This document shows, piece after piece, positions 39,996 through 50,479 of a DNA stretch of 64,000 nt. Both the position numbers and the translations under genes were made by a program. Under the pieces are notes generated by a model. The model saw only the letters and a list, made by a program, of their open reading frames with translations, did not search any database and had not been told where the DNA came from. The stretch comes from an uncultured Bacilli bacterium (GTDB lineage Bacteria > Bacillota_I > Bacilli_A > RF39 > UBA660). The stretch lies in contig CAKOPW010000005.1 of assembly GCA_934101115.1 (NCBI GenBank), positions 18,697-82,696 on the forward strand, written 5' to 3'. Each line of letters begins with the position of its first letter. Within the stretch, counting starts at the first letter, position 1.

Positions 39996-40760
39996 ATGAA
40001 TAAAAAAAATTTAGAAACAATAATTTTATTAATAATTATACTTGTCTTAATTTCAATTATTTTTGTTTTAATTAAAAATAAAAATGATAATAAGCAAGAA
40101 CCAAAACAAGAAACATATGTTGCATACGTAAAAATTAATCCTTTGGTAAAACTTACATTTGATGTGAATTATGAATGTAATAAAGAAAATAAATGTGAAC
40201 CAGTAGATAATAAAATCACTAACATTGATTTACTAAACGATGATGCTAAAAATATATACTCTGATTTAGAATATAAGAATAAAAGTTTAGAATTAGTAAT
40301 TGCATCATTAATAGATGTTGCAGATCAAAACAACAAAGATATCAGTAAAGTAACTGTTACTTCAAATTATGAATTTGACAAAGAAGATTTAACAAAAAAA
40401 ATATTAGATAATTTGACATCGACTAAAAGTGTTGAAATAGGTTATAACTATCAAAAAAATATTGATGAAAGCAGTTTGATGGAAAAAACTTCTGCAAAAA
40501 CAACTACAACAACTACAGAAAAAACTACAACTAAATGTGTAAGTAAAAAATTTAAAAAGAAATTCACTTATGCTTATAAAACACAAGAAGAATGTAAAAA
40601 GCAAGGAAATAATGACTTCAATAATATGACTGACAATGTTGATGATAGCATTTTCTCATATGGATGTGAAGCTGTTAAAGATGACTGTGGAAACACATGG
40701 TATGGAGTAGTTTTCTATAAATGGTCAGAAGAAAAAGGAGAATATCCATATTATTACTAA
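39996..40760 (+). CDS. membrane-anchored secreted protein with Thr-rich linker
   Basis: N-terminal TM, TTTTTEKTTTK tract, C-terminal Cys-containing domain. Confidence 0.4.
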   Translation: MNKKNLETIILLIIILVLISIIFVLIKNKNDNKQEPKQETYVAYVKINPLVKLTFDVNYECNKENKCEPVDNKITNIDLLNDDAKNIYSDLEYKNKSLELVIASLIDVADQNNKDISKVTVTSNYEFDKEDLTKKILDNLTSTKSVEIGYNYQKNIDESSLMEKTSAKTTTTTTEKTTTKCVSKKFKKKFTYAYKTQEECKKQGNNDFNNMTDNVDDSIFSYGCEAVKDDCGNTWYGVVFYKWSEEKGEYPYYY

Positions 40761-40827
40761 AATTAGCTTAATCGCTAATTTTTTTATATTTTTATGTTAT
40801 ACTCTAAATATAAAAGGAGAATCATAA

Positions 40828-41268
40828 ATGAAAAGTGTCGAATTAAGGAAAGAACCAAATGACAATTTTAGAAATTGGATTATAGAAGAGTGGAAGCATC
40901 ACAATACGGTTGATCCATTTTATCAATTAAAAATAATAAAACCACAGGATTTAACTTTTAATGATAATGAAGAATATTATAAAATCATATATGAGAAACA
41001 AGAAATTGGGTTTATAGGCTTAAAAGTATATGATGATGAGATTTATATATATCGTTTTCTTATTGATAAAAAATTTAGAGGAAAAGGCATTGGAACCGAA
41101 GTATTAAATTTAATAATTGATCGCGCAAGGTATGAAAACAAAGATATTTCATTAGATGTATTTGAAAAAAATGAAGCAAAGAAATTATACGAACGAGTTG
41201 GATTTAAGAATCGTTATACAAACATGGTAATAAAAGTTAATGATAATATTGAATATAAAGAAAGGTAA
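40828..41268 (+). CDS. GNAT-family N-acetyltransferase
   Basis: FRGKGIGTEVLNLIIDRA acetyl-CoA binding motif. Confidence 0.7.
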   Translation: MKSVELRKEPNDNFRNWIIEEWKHHNTVDPFYQLKIIKPQDLTFNDNEEYYKIIYEKQEIGFIGLKVYDDEIYIYRFLIDKKFRGKGIGTEVLNLIIDRARYENKDISLDVFEKNEAKKLYERVGFKNRYTNMVIKVNDNIEYKER

Positions 41269-41271
41269 AAT

Positions 41272-42351
41272 ATGAAAAAGAATATATTAATAATAATTAT
41301 AGTTTTAGTAATTCTAGTTGGAGGTATTTATCTAGTCTTTATTTCAAAAAAACAACATGCTAATACAGAAACCACTGGAGTTTTAGTAGTACCAACATTT
41401 ATTGATAAAATAGATAATGATGCTGCTTGGTGTGCAACTTTTAATTTAATATGGAATGATTTGAAAAATGATCTAGTGAAACAAGACATTAAATTTGAAC
41501 AAGATAATACTTATGTTAACAATTTAAATAAAGAACTTTTTAAAGAAAGCGATATTTCAAACGACTACTATTATAAAGTATATGGAAAGAAGACATTAAA
41601 ATTAAAAAGTGAAATAGAAAAGAACATTAAAGAAAAGTTTGATCAAACTAGTGATATATTAGATAAATTTGATTGGAGTGAAGATTCATTAGATAATGGT
41701 AGCAGCGGTCTTGAAAGATATATTTTCTACACTATGCTATATCGTGAATTTAAATATAAAACAAAGTTTGTGAAGTTGAACGAAGATAAATTTAATAATG
41801 TAGAAAATGTTAAATATTTTGGTGTTAAAGATAATAAAGAGTCTTATAAGAATCAAATAAACATTATTTACTACAATAACGAAGATGATTTTGCAATTAA
41901 ATTAACTACAACAAGTAATGATGAAATTATTATAAATAAAAATCCAAAAGGAGATAATTTTGAAGAAATTTATAACAACATTATAATCACAGGTTCAAAA
42001 TATAAAGGAAATAAAGAATTTACTAAATTAGATAATTTTAAAATGCCATATATTAATTTAAATGTATTAAAAGAATATAATGAGTTAGAAAATAAAAAAT
42101 TTTATGACAAAGATAATAATACCTTAATCATAGATAAAGCTTTACAAACTATAAAATTTGAACTTGATGAAAATGGTGGAAAAATTAAAAGTGAGGCAGG
42201 CATGGATGTTGTTAAATTTTCGGCATCGAATCCTAAAGAAAAATCAAAAAATTTAAATGTTACTAAAACATTTGCAATATTTTTAAAAGAAGATTCTAAA
42301 GATAAACCATACTTTGCAGCTAAAATAGGTGACATTAGCAAATACCAATAA
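41272..42351 (+). CDS. membrane-anchored protein, possibly serpin-like
   Basis: N-terminal TM. C-terminal ...KTFAIFLKEDSKDKPYFAAKIGD resembles the serpin C-terminal signature. Weak. Confidence 0.3.
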   Translation: MKKNILIIIIVLVILVGGIYLVFISKKQHANTETTGVLVVPTFIDKIDNDAAWCATFNLIWNDLKNDLVKQDIKFEQDNTYVNNLNKELFKESDISNDYYYKVYGKKTLKLKSEIEKNIKEKFDQTSDILDKFDWSEDSLDNGSSGLERYIFYTMLYREFKYKTKFVKLNEDKFNNVENVKYFGVKDNKESYKNQINIIYYNNEDDFAIKLTTTSNDEIIINKNPKGDNFEEIYNNIIITGSKYKGNKEFTKLDNFKMPYINLNVLKEYNELENKKFYDKDNNTLIIDKALQTIKFELDENGGKIKSEAGMDVVKFSASNPKEKSKNLNVTKTFAIFLKEDSKDKPYFAAKIGDISKYQ

Positions 42352-42481
42352 TACCTTAATTTATAAACAATTGTAAGTAGTCTTTACATTTTAGTATAAA
42401 TATGATAATTTAATATTGACGACGAGAGCAATGCAAAAAGCATTTATGTTTTGCATGCTCTCTTTTTTGTGAGGTAAAAGT

Positions 42482-43267
42482 ATGTTGATTATATTGTTTT
42501 TATTTATAGTTTTTTCTATTTTTTTTATAAAGTATGTAAAAAGATGTGATTATATTGAAAGGTTAATAGCATTAGCGCTTGTTTTTTCTACGCTTGTTCC
42601 TCTAGCAATATATTATTCAGATTGGTTTAATTTACCTGGCAGATTAGGTTTTTTAGACAATATTGATTCAAATCGATGGTTTAATTTAGCTTCAGACTAT
42701 ATCATAACAATAATTGGAACTATTCTGAGTAGTTCTGTTGTAATTTTAACGACAATTCATCAGTTTCAAAAACAAACTGAAGAAAATAATAACAATAACA
42801 GAATAGCAAACATGCCTTTATTCAGATATGAGATAATGAATAAATATGAAAGTAATAAAGTAAATAGTGTTGACATTACTAATGAATCAAGTGATGAAAT
42901 AAAACTTTATTATTTAAACATAAATGTAAATAACGTAGGCCTAAATCATGCTAGAAATATAAAATATATTATATATTTAGATGATAAAGAAAAGACTCAA
43001 AATAATCTAATTAATCCACAATCAATTTTAAAAAACAATGATGATTGGAATTTAAATATAGTATTAAATCTTCCATTTTATAGAAAAAATAGTACAAACG
43101 AACATAAGGCAAAAATTATTTTTTATTATGAAGATTTACTTAGTAATAGATATAGTCAAGAGTTAACTTTGTATGTGGAAACCACCTTAGAATCGGCATC
43201 CTCATTTTCTGGATATTTGTTGTATATAACAAATATAGTAATAGAAGAAGAAAAGTATTTAAAATAA
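42482..43267 (+). CDS. membrane protein, hypothetical
   Basis: Three predicted TM segments at the N-terminus. No motif recognised. Confidence 0.35.
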   Translation: MLIILFLFIVFSIFFIKYVKRCDYIERLIALALVFSTLVPLAIYYSDWFNLPGRLGFLDNIDSNRWFNLASDYIITIIGTILSSSVVILTTIHQFQKQTEENNNNNRIANMPLFRYEIMNKYESNKVNSVDITNESSDEIKLYYLNINVNNVGLNHARNIKYIIYLDDKEKTQNNLINPQSILKNNDDWNLNIVLNLPFYRKNSTNEHKAKIIFYYEDLLSNRYSQELTLYVETTLESASSFSGYLLYITNIVIEEEKYLK

Positions 43268-43298
43268 GTATAAATAATAATAAAAGAAGGGTAAAAAA

Positions 43299-44966
43299 AT
43301 GAAAAAAATTGATAAATCAAAATATGTTGTTTTGGATGTTGAAACAAATGGACTATCATCAATAAATTGTGATCTATTATCAATCTCAATTTATAGCCCA
43401 GATAATCAAAAAAAGTATAATAGATTTTTACCACTGGAATTAAATGATTGTGTTTTAACAACCGGAATTAACGGAATAACAGAAGAAATGTTATTAAATA
43501 AATCTGCAATGAGTCAAGAAGAATTTAATATACTTATTAAGGATTTTGACTTAGAAAATCGTATAATTCTTCATTATGGTTCTATAGACGAAAAGTTTAT
43601 AAAAAATTATTTAAAAAGGAAAAAAATAAAAGGTTTTGAAAAATTAAAATTTTATAATATTAAACACAATATTATCTCTTCTAAGTTTTCAGAAGGTAAT
43701 ATTACAAAAGATAATCTTTGTGAACTTTATAGTATAGAAAATGTAACAAAAGTTCATTCAGGAATTAATGATTGTATTCTGGAGTGGAAACTTTTTGAAA
43801 AAATGAATGATAATAAGCTATTGGTAACAGGAAATAATGTTTATGAGTTTAATGAAGATTATATAATCCCAGCAAACTTTTTGCAAAATTATCCGAATTT
43901 TAAGTATCAAATTAAAAATTATCCTTGTATATATTATAATCTTGAGAAACTTGAGTCATTTATAGTTGATTCTAACCTTGTAAAAAAATTTAGTACAAAT
44001 ATAAGCGGTATAACAATAGAACATTTAATTAATAGCATGTTACATGTTGATGATAAAAGTTATGAAAATTTTGAATTTCTTGTGAATAATAAAACTAAGT
44101 TAAAAAAAATTGGAAATTTAAAATCCAATATAAAAACTATTTATATTATGAAAAATGAAGATGGTACAATTTCCGCACAAAATAAAAAAGATGGAAAAGA
44201 AGTAGAACAAATAAATCATGTTACAAACATTATTAAAGAGCAAATTGAGCCGTTAATTGATTATATTAAAATAAATATTTTTAACAATAAAAAAGTAATG
44301 TCTCAAGAATTAGTAATTAATTATGAAGATAATGTATTAGCAATGTGTGATTTATCAACGGATGACAAAATTTTAGAAATAAAAATTAGTAATATGGATG
44401 TAGATAAAATTAGATATCAGTTATTTTATGAGTCAAAGGGTAGAGAAATATTTTTATTGAAAACAAATTGGGAATTTTCATCAAAAAATAGACTAAAGTT
44501 TGTTATATATAAAGCTATACCTGTTTACAATAAAGTATATACAACTAAAAAAAATAATAATAAACTAAGACGTCAATTAGAATCTAAAATTAGAAATAAA
44601 AACGTGGAAATTGTTGAATATACAAATCAGCATTCAAATATAAAACTAAAATGTAAATTATGTGGAAATGAGTGGATATCATCTTATGACAAAATTTTAA
44701 AAAAACCATATTGTTTAAATTGCATTGAGGTAACGCGACCATCAAATTATGAAGAGCGATTAATAGCAACTGCAGAAAAAGGTAAAAAAGGGTTATTAAA
44801 GTATCAAAATGAATTAAAATATAAAACTAATGGAAATTTAATAGCTATTAATTATCACGGTGAAAAAGAAAAACTAACAGTTTTCTGTAATAAATGTGGA
44901 AACTATTGGAAAGCAAAGGCTAACAAATTATTAGAAGATCCAAATTGTCCAAAATGTAAAATTTAG
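43299..44966 (+). CDS. DnaQ-like (DEDDh) 3'-5' exonuclease domain protein with two C-terminal C4 zinc ribbons
   Basis: Exo I VLDVETNG and Exo III HSGINDCILEW. C-terminal CKLCGNEW...CLNC and CNKCGNYW...CPKC. Confidence 0.6.
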   Translation: MKKIDKSKYVVLDVETNGLSSINCDLLSISIYSPDNQKKYNRFLPLELNDCVLTTGINGITEEMLLNKSAMSQEEFNILIKDFDLENRIILHYGSIDEKFIKNYLKRKKIKGFEKLKFYNIKHNIISSKFSEGNITKDNLCELYSIENVTKVHSGINDCILEWKLFEKMNDNKLLVTGNNVYEFNEDYIIPANFLQNYPNFKYQIKNYPCIYYNLEKLESFIVDSNLVKKFSTNISGITIEHLINSMLHVDDKSYENFEFLVNNKTKLKKIGNLKSNIKTIYIMKNEDGTISAQNKKDGKEVEQINHVTNIIKEQIEPLIDYIKINIFNNKKVMSQELVINYEDNVLAMCDLSTDDKILEIKISNMDVDKIRYQLFYESKGREIFLLKTNWEFSSKNRLKFVIYKAIPVYNKVYTTKKNNNKLRRQLESKIRNKNVEIVEYTNQHSNIKLKCKLCGNEWISSYDKILKKPYCLNCIEVTRPSNYEERLIATAEKGKKGLLKYQNELKYKTNGNLIAINYHGEKEKLTVFCNKCGNYWKAKANKLLEDPNCPKCKI

Positions 44967-45121
44967 TTATTCTAGTTAAATCAAAAATATAAAATATTTT
45001 TAAAAACTTGCATTATAAAAAATGCATGATATAATTTAATTGTAAAAGAAAGCGCTAGTATAGGCTTCCCTTAAAGGACTTATACTGCGCTTTTTTTGTT
45101 GTAGTAAGGAGGTGTAAAAAT

Positions 45122-45328
45122 ATGTATGATTTTAAAGATGTTGATTCTAGCAATTTGCAATCAATTGCTATATCAGGTAACGACTTAATAATAAGATTCG
45201 TTAATGGAAGAATATATAGATATTATGGAGCAGCAAAAGAATATAACAATCTTTTAAACGCAAATAGCAAGGGAACCTATTTTGCAAATTATATAAAAAA
45301 TGAATATAAACCAAAAGAAGAAAAATAA
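45122..45328 (+). CDS. KTSC-domain protein
   Basis: SSNLQSIAISGNDLIIRFVNGRIYRYYG...SKGTYFANYIK pattern. Confidence 0.5.
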   Translation: MYDFKDVDSSNLQSIAISGNDLIIRFVNGRIYRYYGAAKEYNNLLNANSKGTYFANYIKNEYKPKEEK

Positions 45329-45336
45329 GAAAGTTA

Positions 45337-47244
45337 GTGAAGTATATGATTTTATTTAATAGTAATAATTTTGAAAGTCCAGACGTTGATTATTTAAGAT
45401 TTGATACAAATTTTTCAGTTGAAGTTAATACCGATAAAATAAAAATAATATTGGGACCAAATGGAATTGGGAAGTCTTCAATTTATAGAAATATTCAAGC
45501 AAGGCACCCTGAATATAGCTATATTGACTACGACAAAGTTGAGGAAGCAGTTTTAAAATCTAAAAATAGTATTATTGTCGCCTCTAAAATTTCGAAAATA
45601 GAAGAAAAAACTAATGAGTTAGAATCTATTAAAAATGTTATAGGAATAAAAGATTCATTTAGTTATTTTAATTTGGGAAATGCCACTAAACGAGCAAAAC
45701 AATTTAAAGATTTGAAAGGTGATCAAATAAATTTAATTACCGAATTTGATGATGAAAAATTAGAAGACTTTTTTGAATTAGGAAATAATTTAAGCCTGTT
45801 TATAGTAAAATACGGTAAAGATCTAATTGATCAAGTACAAGAAGAATTAAAAATTGAGGAAATAAGAGATTCATACAAAAAGAAATGCTTAAATTTAATT
45901 GATAACTATCTTTTAGATGATGAGCATATATGTCCAGTGTGTAACACAAAATTTGATGTTCCTATAAAAGAAAAAATTAAAGAAACACTTAGTAAAATAC
46001 AGGAGTCTAGTAATAAAATTGTAAATGACTATATTGCTGAGAATCCTAATGAAAGACCAACGGAAGTTTTTAATAATATCACTAAGCTCAAAAACGTAAT
46101 AGCCAACAATAAAATTACTATAAAAGATTTAGAGAACTTTATTATTTGTGGAGGAAACAGAGAAACTGCACAGTATATCAAAAATAATAAAGAAAGAATT
46201 ATTAGTTTAAATATTGAAATTAAATCTTTAAAAAGTGAAAAGGAAAAATTTTATAAGAATATTAAAAATATAGAAGATAGAATAAGGAGCATATTTGAAG
46301 GTCAGCTAAAAATACCACGCGAATCTATTATTTTTGATGATGAAAATAGTGAATTAATAATAAAATTGACTAGAAGTATTTCAAATTATAGTACAGGAGA
46401 GATTAACTTAATAACATTTATAGTTACTTTATTAAGTTTTATAAATAGTGATCAAGATACCATTATAATTGATGATCCTTTAAGCAGTTATGATATACCA
46501 AATCAGTATAAAATAATGTATGAAATAACTAAAGCAAATAGTAATAAAAATTTTCACATTCTAATTTTAACCCATAATATTGATTGCGTAAATATTGCCA
46601 ATTCACAAGATAAAAAATCTTATTCTATGGAACTTATGGATAAAATTGATGGAACAGTTTATTTAAACTCAATTAGTAGATTAGGAGACAATGGATTTCA
46701 AATTGAATATTTGTTAAAACAATTAGAAGATAGAAATGATTACAAATATACAGAATATTTGAAATTGTTGTCTAAAAAAGATGAGCTAGATAGAAATAAT
46801 GAAATTCACCAATTATTTCACTATGATGCCTTTTATGAAACTCCTAACGGTTTATGTAGTAATGAAGAATTAGTAAAAATTATAGAAAATATTGATAAAT
46901 CAAAAATAAAAAATAATGATTCGGTAATAAATTCTGCTAATAAAATTCTTTATCTGGCTGCATTGAGGGTTTGGATTGAAAAACAACTTTATGATAACAC
47001 TGATGACAAAGAAGGACTAAAAGCAAAAAAATATTTAGCTGCAAAAATTTCCTTTATCTTAGATGAAAATCATTGGACTGGTTCAAAAAAAATAAGCAAA
47101 GAATTTTTAATGAGTAAAAAAGTCCTTCTTAATCAAAATGATCATGCTACTAGCCAAAAAGAGCCTTTCTATTATGCTTTAAGTATATCTATGGATGAAA
47201 TTCAAAATGAATTAGTGGAAATAAAAAATCATTTTAATCCCTAA
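45337..47244 (+). CDS. ABC/Rad50-like ATPase with coiled-coil insertion carrying a CxxC zinc-hook and about 200-aa unassigned C-terminal domain
   Basis: Walker A ILGPNGIGKSSI, Walker B TIIIDDPLSSYD, H-loop ILILTHN. HICPVCNTKF sits in the middle of a long helical insertion. Confidence 0.6.
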   Translation: MKYMILFNSNNFESPDVDYLRFDTNFSVEVNTDKIKIILGPNGIGKSSIYRNIQARHPEYSYIDYDKVEEAVLKSKNSIIVASKISKIEEKTNELESIKNVIGIKDSFSYFNLGNATKRAKQFKDLKGDQINLITEFDDEKLEDFFELGNNLSLFIVKYGKDLIDQVQEELKIEEIRDSYKKKCLNLIDNYLLDDEHICPVCNTKFDVPIKEKIKETLSKIQESSNKIVNDYIAENPNERPTEVFNNITKLKNVIANNKITIKDLENFIICGGNRETAQYIKNNKERIISLNIEIKSLKSEKEKFYKNIKNIEDRIRSIFEGQLKIPRESIIFDDENSELIIKLTRSISNYSTGEINLITFIVTLLSFINSDQDTIIIDDPLSSYDIPNQYKIMYEITKANSNKNFHILILTHNIDCVNIANSQDKKSYSMELMDKIDGTVYLNSISRLGDNGFQIEYLLKQLEDRNDYKYTEYLKLLSKKDELDRNNEIHQLFHYDAFYETPNGLCSNEELVKIIENIDKSKIKNNDSVINSANKILYLAALRVWIEKQLYDNTDDKEGLKAKKYLAAKISFILDENHWTGSKKISKEFLMSKKVLLNQNDHATSQKEPFYYALSISMDEIQNELVEIKNHFNP

Positions 47245-47349
47245 ATAAAATTGTGTAGACCTATTTACTATAGTATTATTATATACTTTTTCTTGCACCA
47301 CTCATGACTTTGATATATAATGAGTACACGATAATGAAAGAGTGGTATA

Positions 47350-47898
47350 ATGTTTGAATTAGTTAAAGTAAGTCCCGATGATATAAGAAGTATAGAATTA
47401 CTAATTAAATATAGAGGTAAAGATTTTAGAAATAAATATCTTTACAAATGTGTTCGTGCTCATTATAACGATCCAAAATCTGATTATTTAAATCAACTAT
47501 CCGATATAGAAGCGATGATTTATATCGTAAATAAAGAGAATAATTGGAAGTATACACCAATTGAATATTTGTTATTACATGATGGCGTTCCTGTATCTTC
47601 ATGTGTAATAAGATTTGTAAACTCTTTAACTGGTGATGCTGATTTTGAAACCATTGAAAGTGAAAGACATAAAGGATATGCTCTTGAATGTTTAAAAAGA
47701 GTTGAAGAAGATTTATTTAAAAATACCGATCTTGTATTTTTAACAATGAAGGATTTAACAACTACTGGTGCCTCTACTAAAATAGCTATCTCTTTAGGAT
47801 ATAAGCTTGCAAATACAGGTTATTATATAAAGATGAATCCTTATATTTCTTTAGAAGAGGCAAAAGAAAGAGCTAAGTCTAATAGAAAAGCTATGTAA
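47350..47898 (+). CDS. hypothetical protein
   Basis: 182-aa ORF. No motif recognised. Confidence 0.3.
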   Translation: MFELVKVSPDDIRSIELLIKYRGKDFRNKYLYKCVRAHYNDPKSDYLNQLSDIEAMIYIVNKENNWKYTPIEYLLLHDGVPVSSCVIRFVNSLTGDADFETIESERHKGYALECLKRVEEDLFKNTDLVFLTMKDLTTTGASTKIAISLGYKLANTGYYIKMNPYISLEEAKERAKSNRKAM

Positions 47899-47974
47899 AT
47901 AAAAAAAAGATAAACATTTTTGTTTATTATTAAAAAAAATATAGTATAATATTTATAGAAAAGGAGTTTATATA

Positions 47975-48430
47975 ATGGCAAAGAATGAAGAAAAATCTTT
48001 TATGGATGTAAAAGATGAAACTAATAACTTTGATAAAAAGGATATCCAATCTGGAAAGGGTATGTCAGTTCTTTCTTACTTAGGAATTTTATCTTTAATT
48101 CCTTACTTTACAGAAAAGAAAAATGCGTATGTTAGATTTCATGCAGTTCAAGGATTAAACTTATTTATTTTTGAAATGATTTATTCAGTTCTTTATGGAA
48201 TTCTTACATCAGTTATCAAAGTTAATGGTAGTTGTGGAGCAGGATATTATGGAAGTCTTGCAGATGTACTTGGTGTAACTTGTAAAGTGACTCCATGGTG
48301 GGTAACACTTTCACTTTCTATAATTGGACTTGGATTTACTGCACTTGCTATTGTTGGTATCGTTAATGCTTGTCAAGATAAAGCAAAAGAATTACCAATA
48401 GTAAACCAAATTAAAATTATTAAAAAGTAG
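47975..48430 (+). CDS. DUF4870-like membrane protein
   Basis: SVLSYLGILSLIPYF...VRFHAVQGLNLFIF pattern. Confidence 0.5.
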   Translation: MAKNEEKSFMDVKDETNNFDKKDIQSGKGMSVLSYLGILSLIPYFTEKKNAYVRFHAVQGLNLFIFEMIYSVLYGILTSVIKVNGSCGAGYYGSLADVLGVTCKVTPWWVTLSLSIIGLGFTALAIVGIVNACQDKAKELPIVNQIKIIKK

Positions 48431-48520
48431 TTATACTTTTTAGACAACTGTAAAAAGTTGTTTTTTTATACTTTATAGCAGTAAATTTATGCTATAATAA
48501 TTCAAGAAAAGGAGAAAATT

Positions 48521-49060
48521 ATGGAATTAAAAGGAAGTAAAACAGAACAAAATTTAATGACTGCTTTCGCAGGAGAAAGTCAAGCAAGAAATAAATATAC
48601 ATATTTTGCAAGCAAGGCTAAAAAAGATGGTTATGAACAAATTGCAGCTATTTTTGAAGAAACTGCTAACAATGAAAAAGAACATGCAAAATTATGGTTT
48701 AAAGAATTAAATGGAGGTAATATTCCTTCTACACTTGAAAACTTATATGCAGCAGCTGAAGGTGAAAACTATGAGTGGACTGATATGTATGATGAATTTG
48801 CTAAAACAGCAAGAGCTGAAGGTTTTGATAGAATTGCTGAATTATTTGAAGGTGTAGCAGCAATTGAAAAAGAACATGAAGCTAGATATAGAAAACTTAT
48901 TGAAAATATTGAAGGTGGTTTAGTATTCTCTAAAGACGGAGATCGTATTTGGAAATGTAGAAACTGTGGACATATTTGTATTGGTTCATCAGCTCCAGAA
49001 GTTTGTCCAGTATGTAATCATCCACAAAGCTTCTTTGAAATTAAAGCTGAAAATTATTAG
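48521..49060 (+). CDS. rbr: rubrerythrin
   Basis: Ferritin-like diiron E..H motifs plus a C-terminal rubredoxin-like CRNCGH...CPVCNH. Confidence 0.9.
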   Translation: MELKGSKTEQNLMTAFAGESQARNKYTYFASKAKKDGYEQIAAIFEETANNEKEHAKLWFKELNGGNIPSTLENLYAAAEGENYEWTDMYDEFAKTARAEGFDRIAELFEGVAAIEKEHEARYRKLIENIEGGLVFSKDGDRIWKCRNCGHICIGSSAPEVCPVCNHPQSFFEIKAENY

Positions 49061-50427
49061 AATGGTTCGCCATTCTTTTTTATTGTAATAAATTCTTTAT
49101 AATTTTTTCTTAACTCGCGAACAAATATACTTTCATGATTACTAACCATGATATAAATCTTTTTCTTGGTTCTTGTAAGAGCAACATAAAAAAGTCTTCT
49201 TTCTTCAGGATATTTAATTCCTTCATTGGTTTTTAAAAAATAGTCCAAAAGTACATGACTTTTATGTTTAAAAGGAATATTATCTGAATTAACAAGTATT
49301 ACATTATCTGCTTCAAGTCCTTTTGATTTATGAATTGTATATTTGTTTTCCCATTTAATGTTTTCTATGTCTTTATTACATCTTCCAATAATCATGGTAT
49401 CTTCAGTTATGTATTTTAAAACCTCAGTAAGTTGATAATTATATAAAATAACAATTGGTCTATCTTCATGGATACGTGATATAATATCTTTTCGAAGTTG
49501 ATACTTATTTCTCATAACAAATTTGCCACTTGCAGTAATTAGTTCTTGAGAATTGCGGTAAGTATACTTGAGTTGACGATAACTAACATTATCTAAATAA
49601 TCTTTTATATTAACAAAAATATCTAAAGTGCATCCAGAAAAAGCATAAATGCTTTGCCAATCATCGCCAACTAAAAATAATTTTATATCATTATATTTCA
49701 TAATATTTCTAATCAGATTTAGTCTTAATACGCTTGTATCCTGAAATTCATCAATAATTATATATTTATAATTAACATAAACTTTTTTACATGATGAATT
49801 CTTTATCATATCATCAAAATCTATTTTGCCGCTTGAACTTAATTCTTCAGTATATATTATATATATTTCTAATATCATTCTTAATATTTCCCGATTTATA
49901 TAACCAAAATTTTTAAACTTTAAATTTCTAATATCTAAATCATTACTTTTAATATATTTAATAAAGGTGATAATAACTTTTTTTAATTCTAAATAATCAT
50001 GCGTTTTCATGATTTTTTCCATATTACTTTCAGTAAAAAATATTCTTTTAAATATTTTATTTCTTAGTTTGTTATTCCTTATAAATGAAAGCATATATTC
50101 ATCAATTATATAGCTTAAATAGTCATCACTTACAATGCTTACTTTTTCATCCATTAAAGATAAACCTAATTTATGAAAAGTCATTACATTAACTTTATAG
50201 TTCATTTTTTCTAGTTTAACTTTTAAATTATTAACAGTTTCATTGGTTAAAGATATACACAAAATTTCATTTTCTTTTATATCTTTTTCTTCTATTAAAT
50301 ATTTTACTTTACCCAAAATTGTTTGGGTTTTACCAGAACCAGCACCAGCTGAAACTATAACTGTTTTAGCTTCATCTTTAATTGCACTCACTTGAGCATC
50401 GTCTAAATTAACTCCAAATATTTCCAT
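49057..50427 (-). CDS. UvrD/Rep-family helicase (short)
   Basis: Start taken at MEIFG, which follows a [23 protein letters not shown] Walker [11 protein letters not shown], motif [11 protein letters not shown]. Confidence 0.7.
   Translation of the reverse strand: MEIFGVNLDDAQVSAIKDEAKTVIVSAGAGSGKTQTILGKVKYLIEEKDIKENEILCISLTNETVNNLKVKLEKMNYKVNVMTFHKLGLSLMDEKVSIVSDDYLSYIIDEYMLSFIRNNKLRNKIFKRIFFTESNMEKIMKTHDYLELKKVIITFIKYIKSNDLDIRNLKFKNFGYINREILRMILEIYIIYTEELSSSGKIDFDDMIKNSSCKKVYVNYKYIIIDEFQDTSVLRLNLIRNIMKYNDIKLFLVGDDWQSIYAFSGCTLDIFVNIKDYLDNVSYRQLKYTYRNSQELITASGKFVMRNKYQLRKDIISRIHEDRPIVILYNYQLTEVLKYITEDTMIIGRCNKDIENIKWENKYTIHKSKGLEADNVILVNSDNIPFKHKSHVLLDYFLKTNEGIKYPEERRLFYVALTRTKKKIYIMVSNHESIFVRELRKNYKEFITIKKNGEPF
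49060..49082. terminator. hairpin plus T-run shared by convergent genes
   Basis: gaatggttcgccattc followed by ttttttt. Overlaps the last codons of the convergent helicase gene. Confidence 0.5.
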
Positions 50428-50479
50428 TGGATATCCTCCTAATAAATATATTAACAAAAAAAAGAAGAATTTCTTCTTC

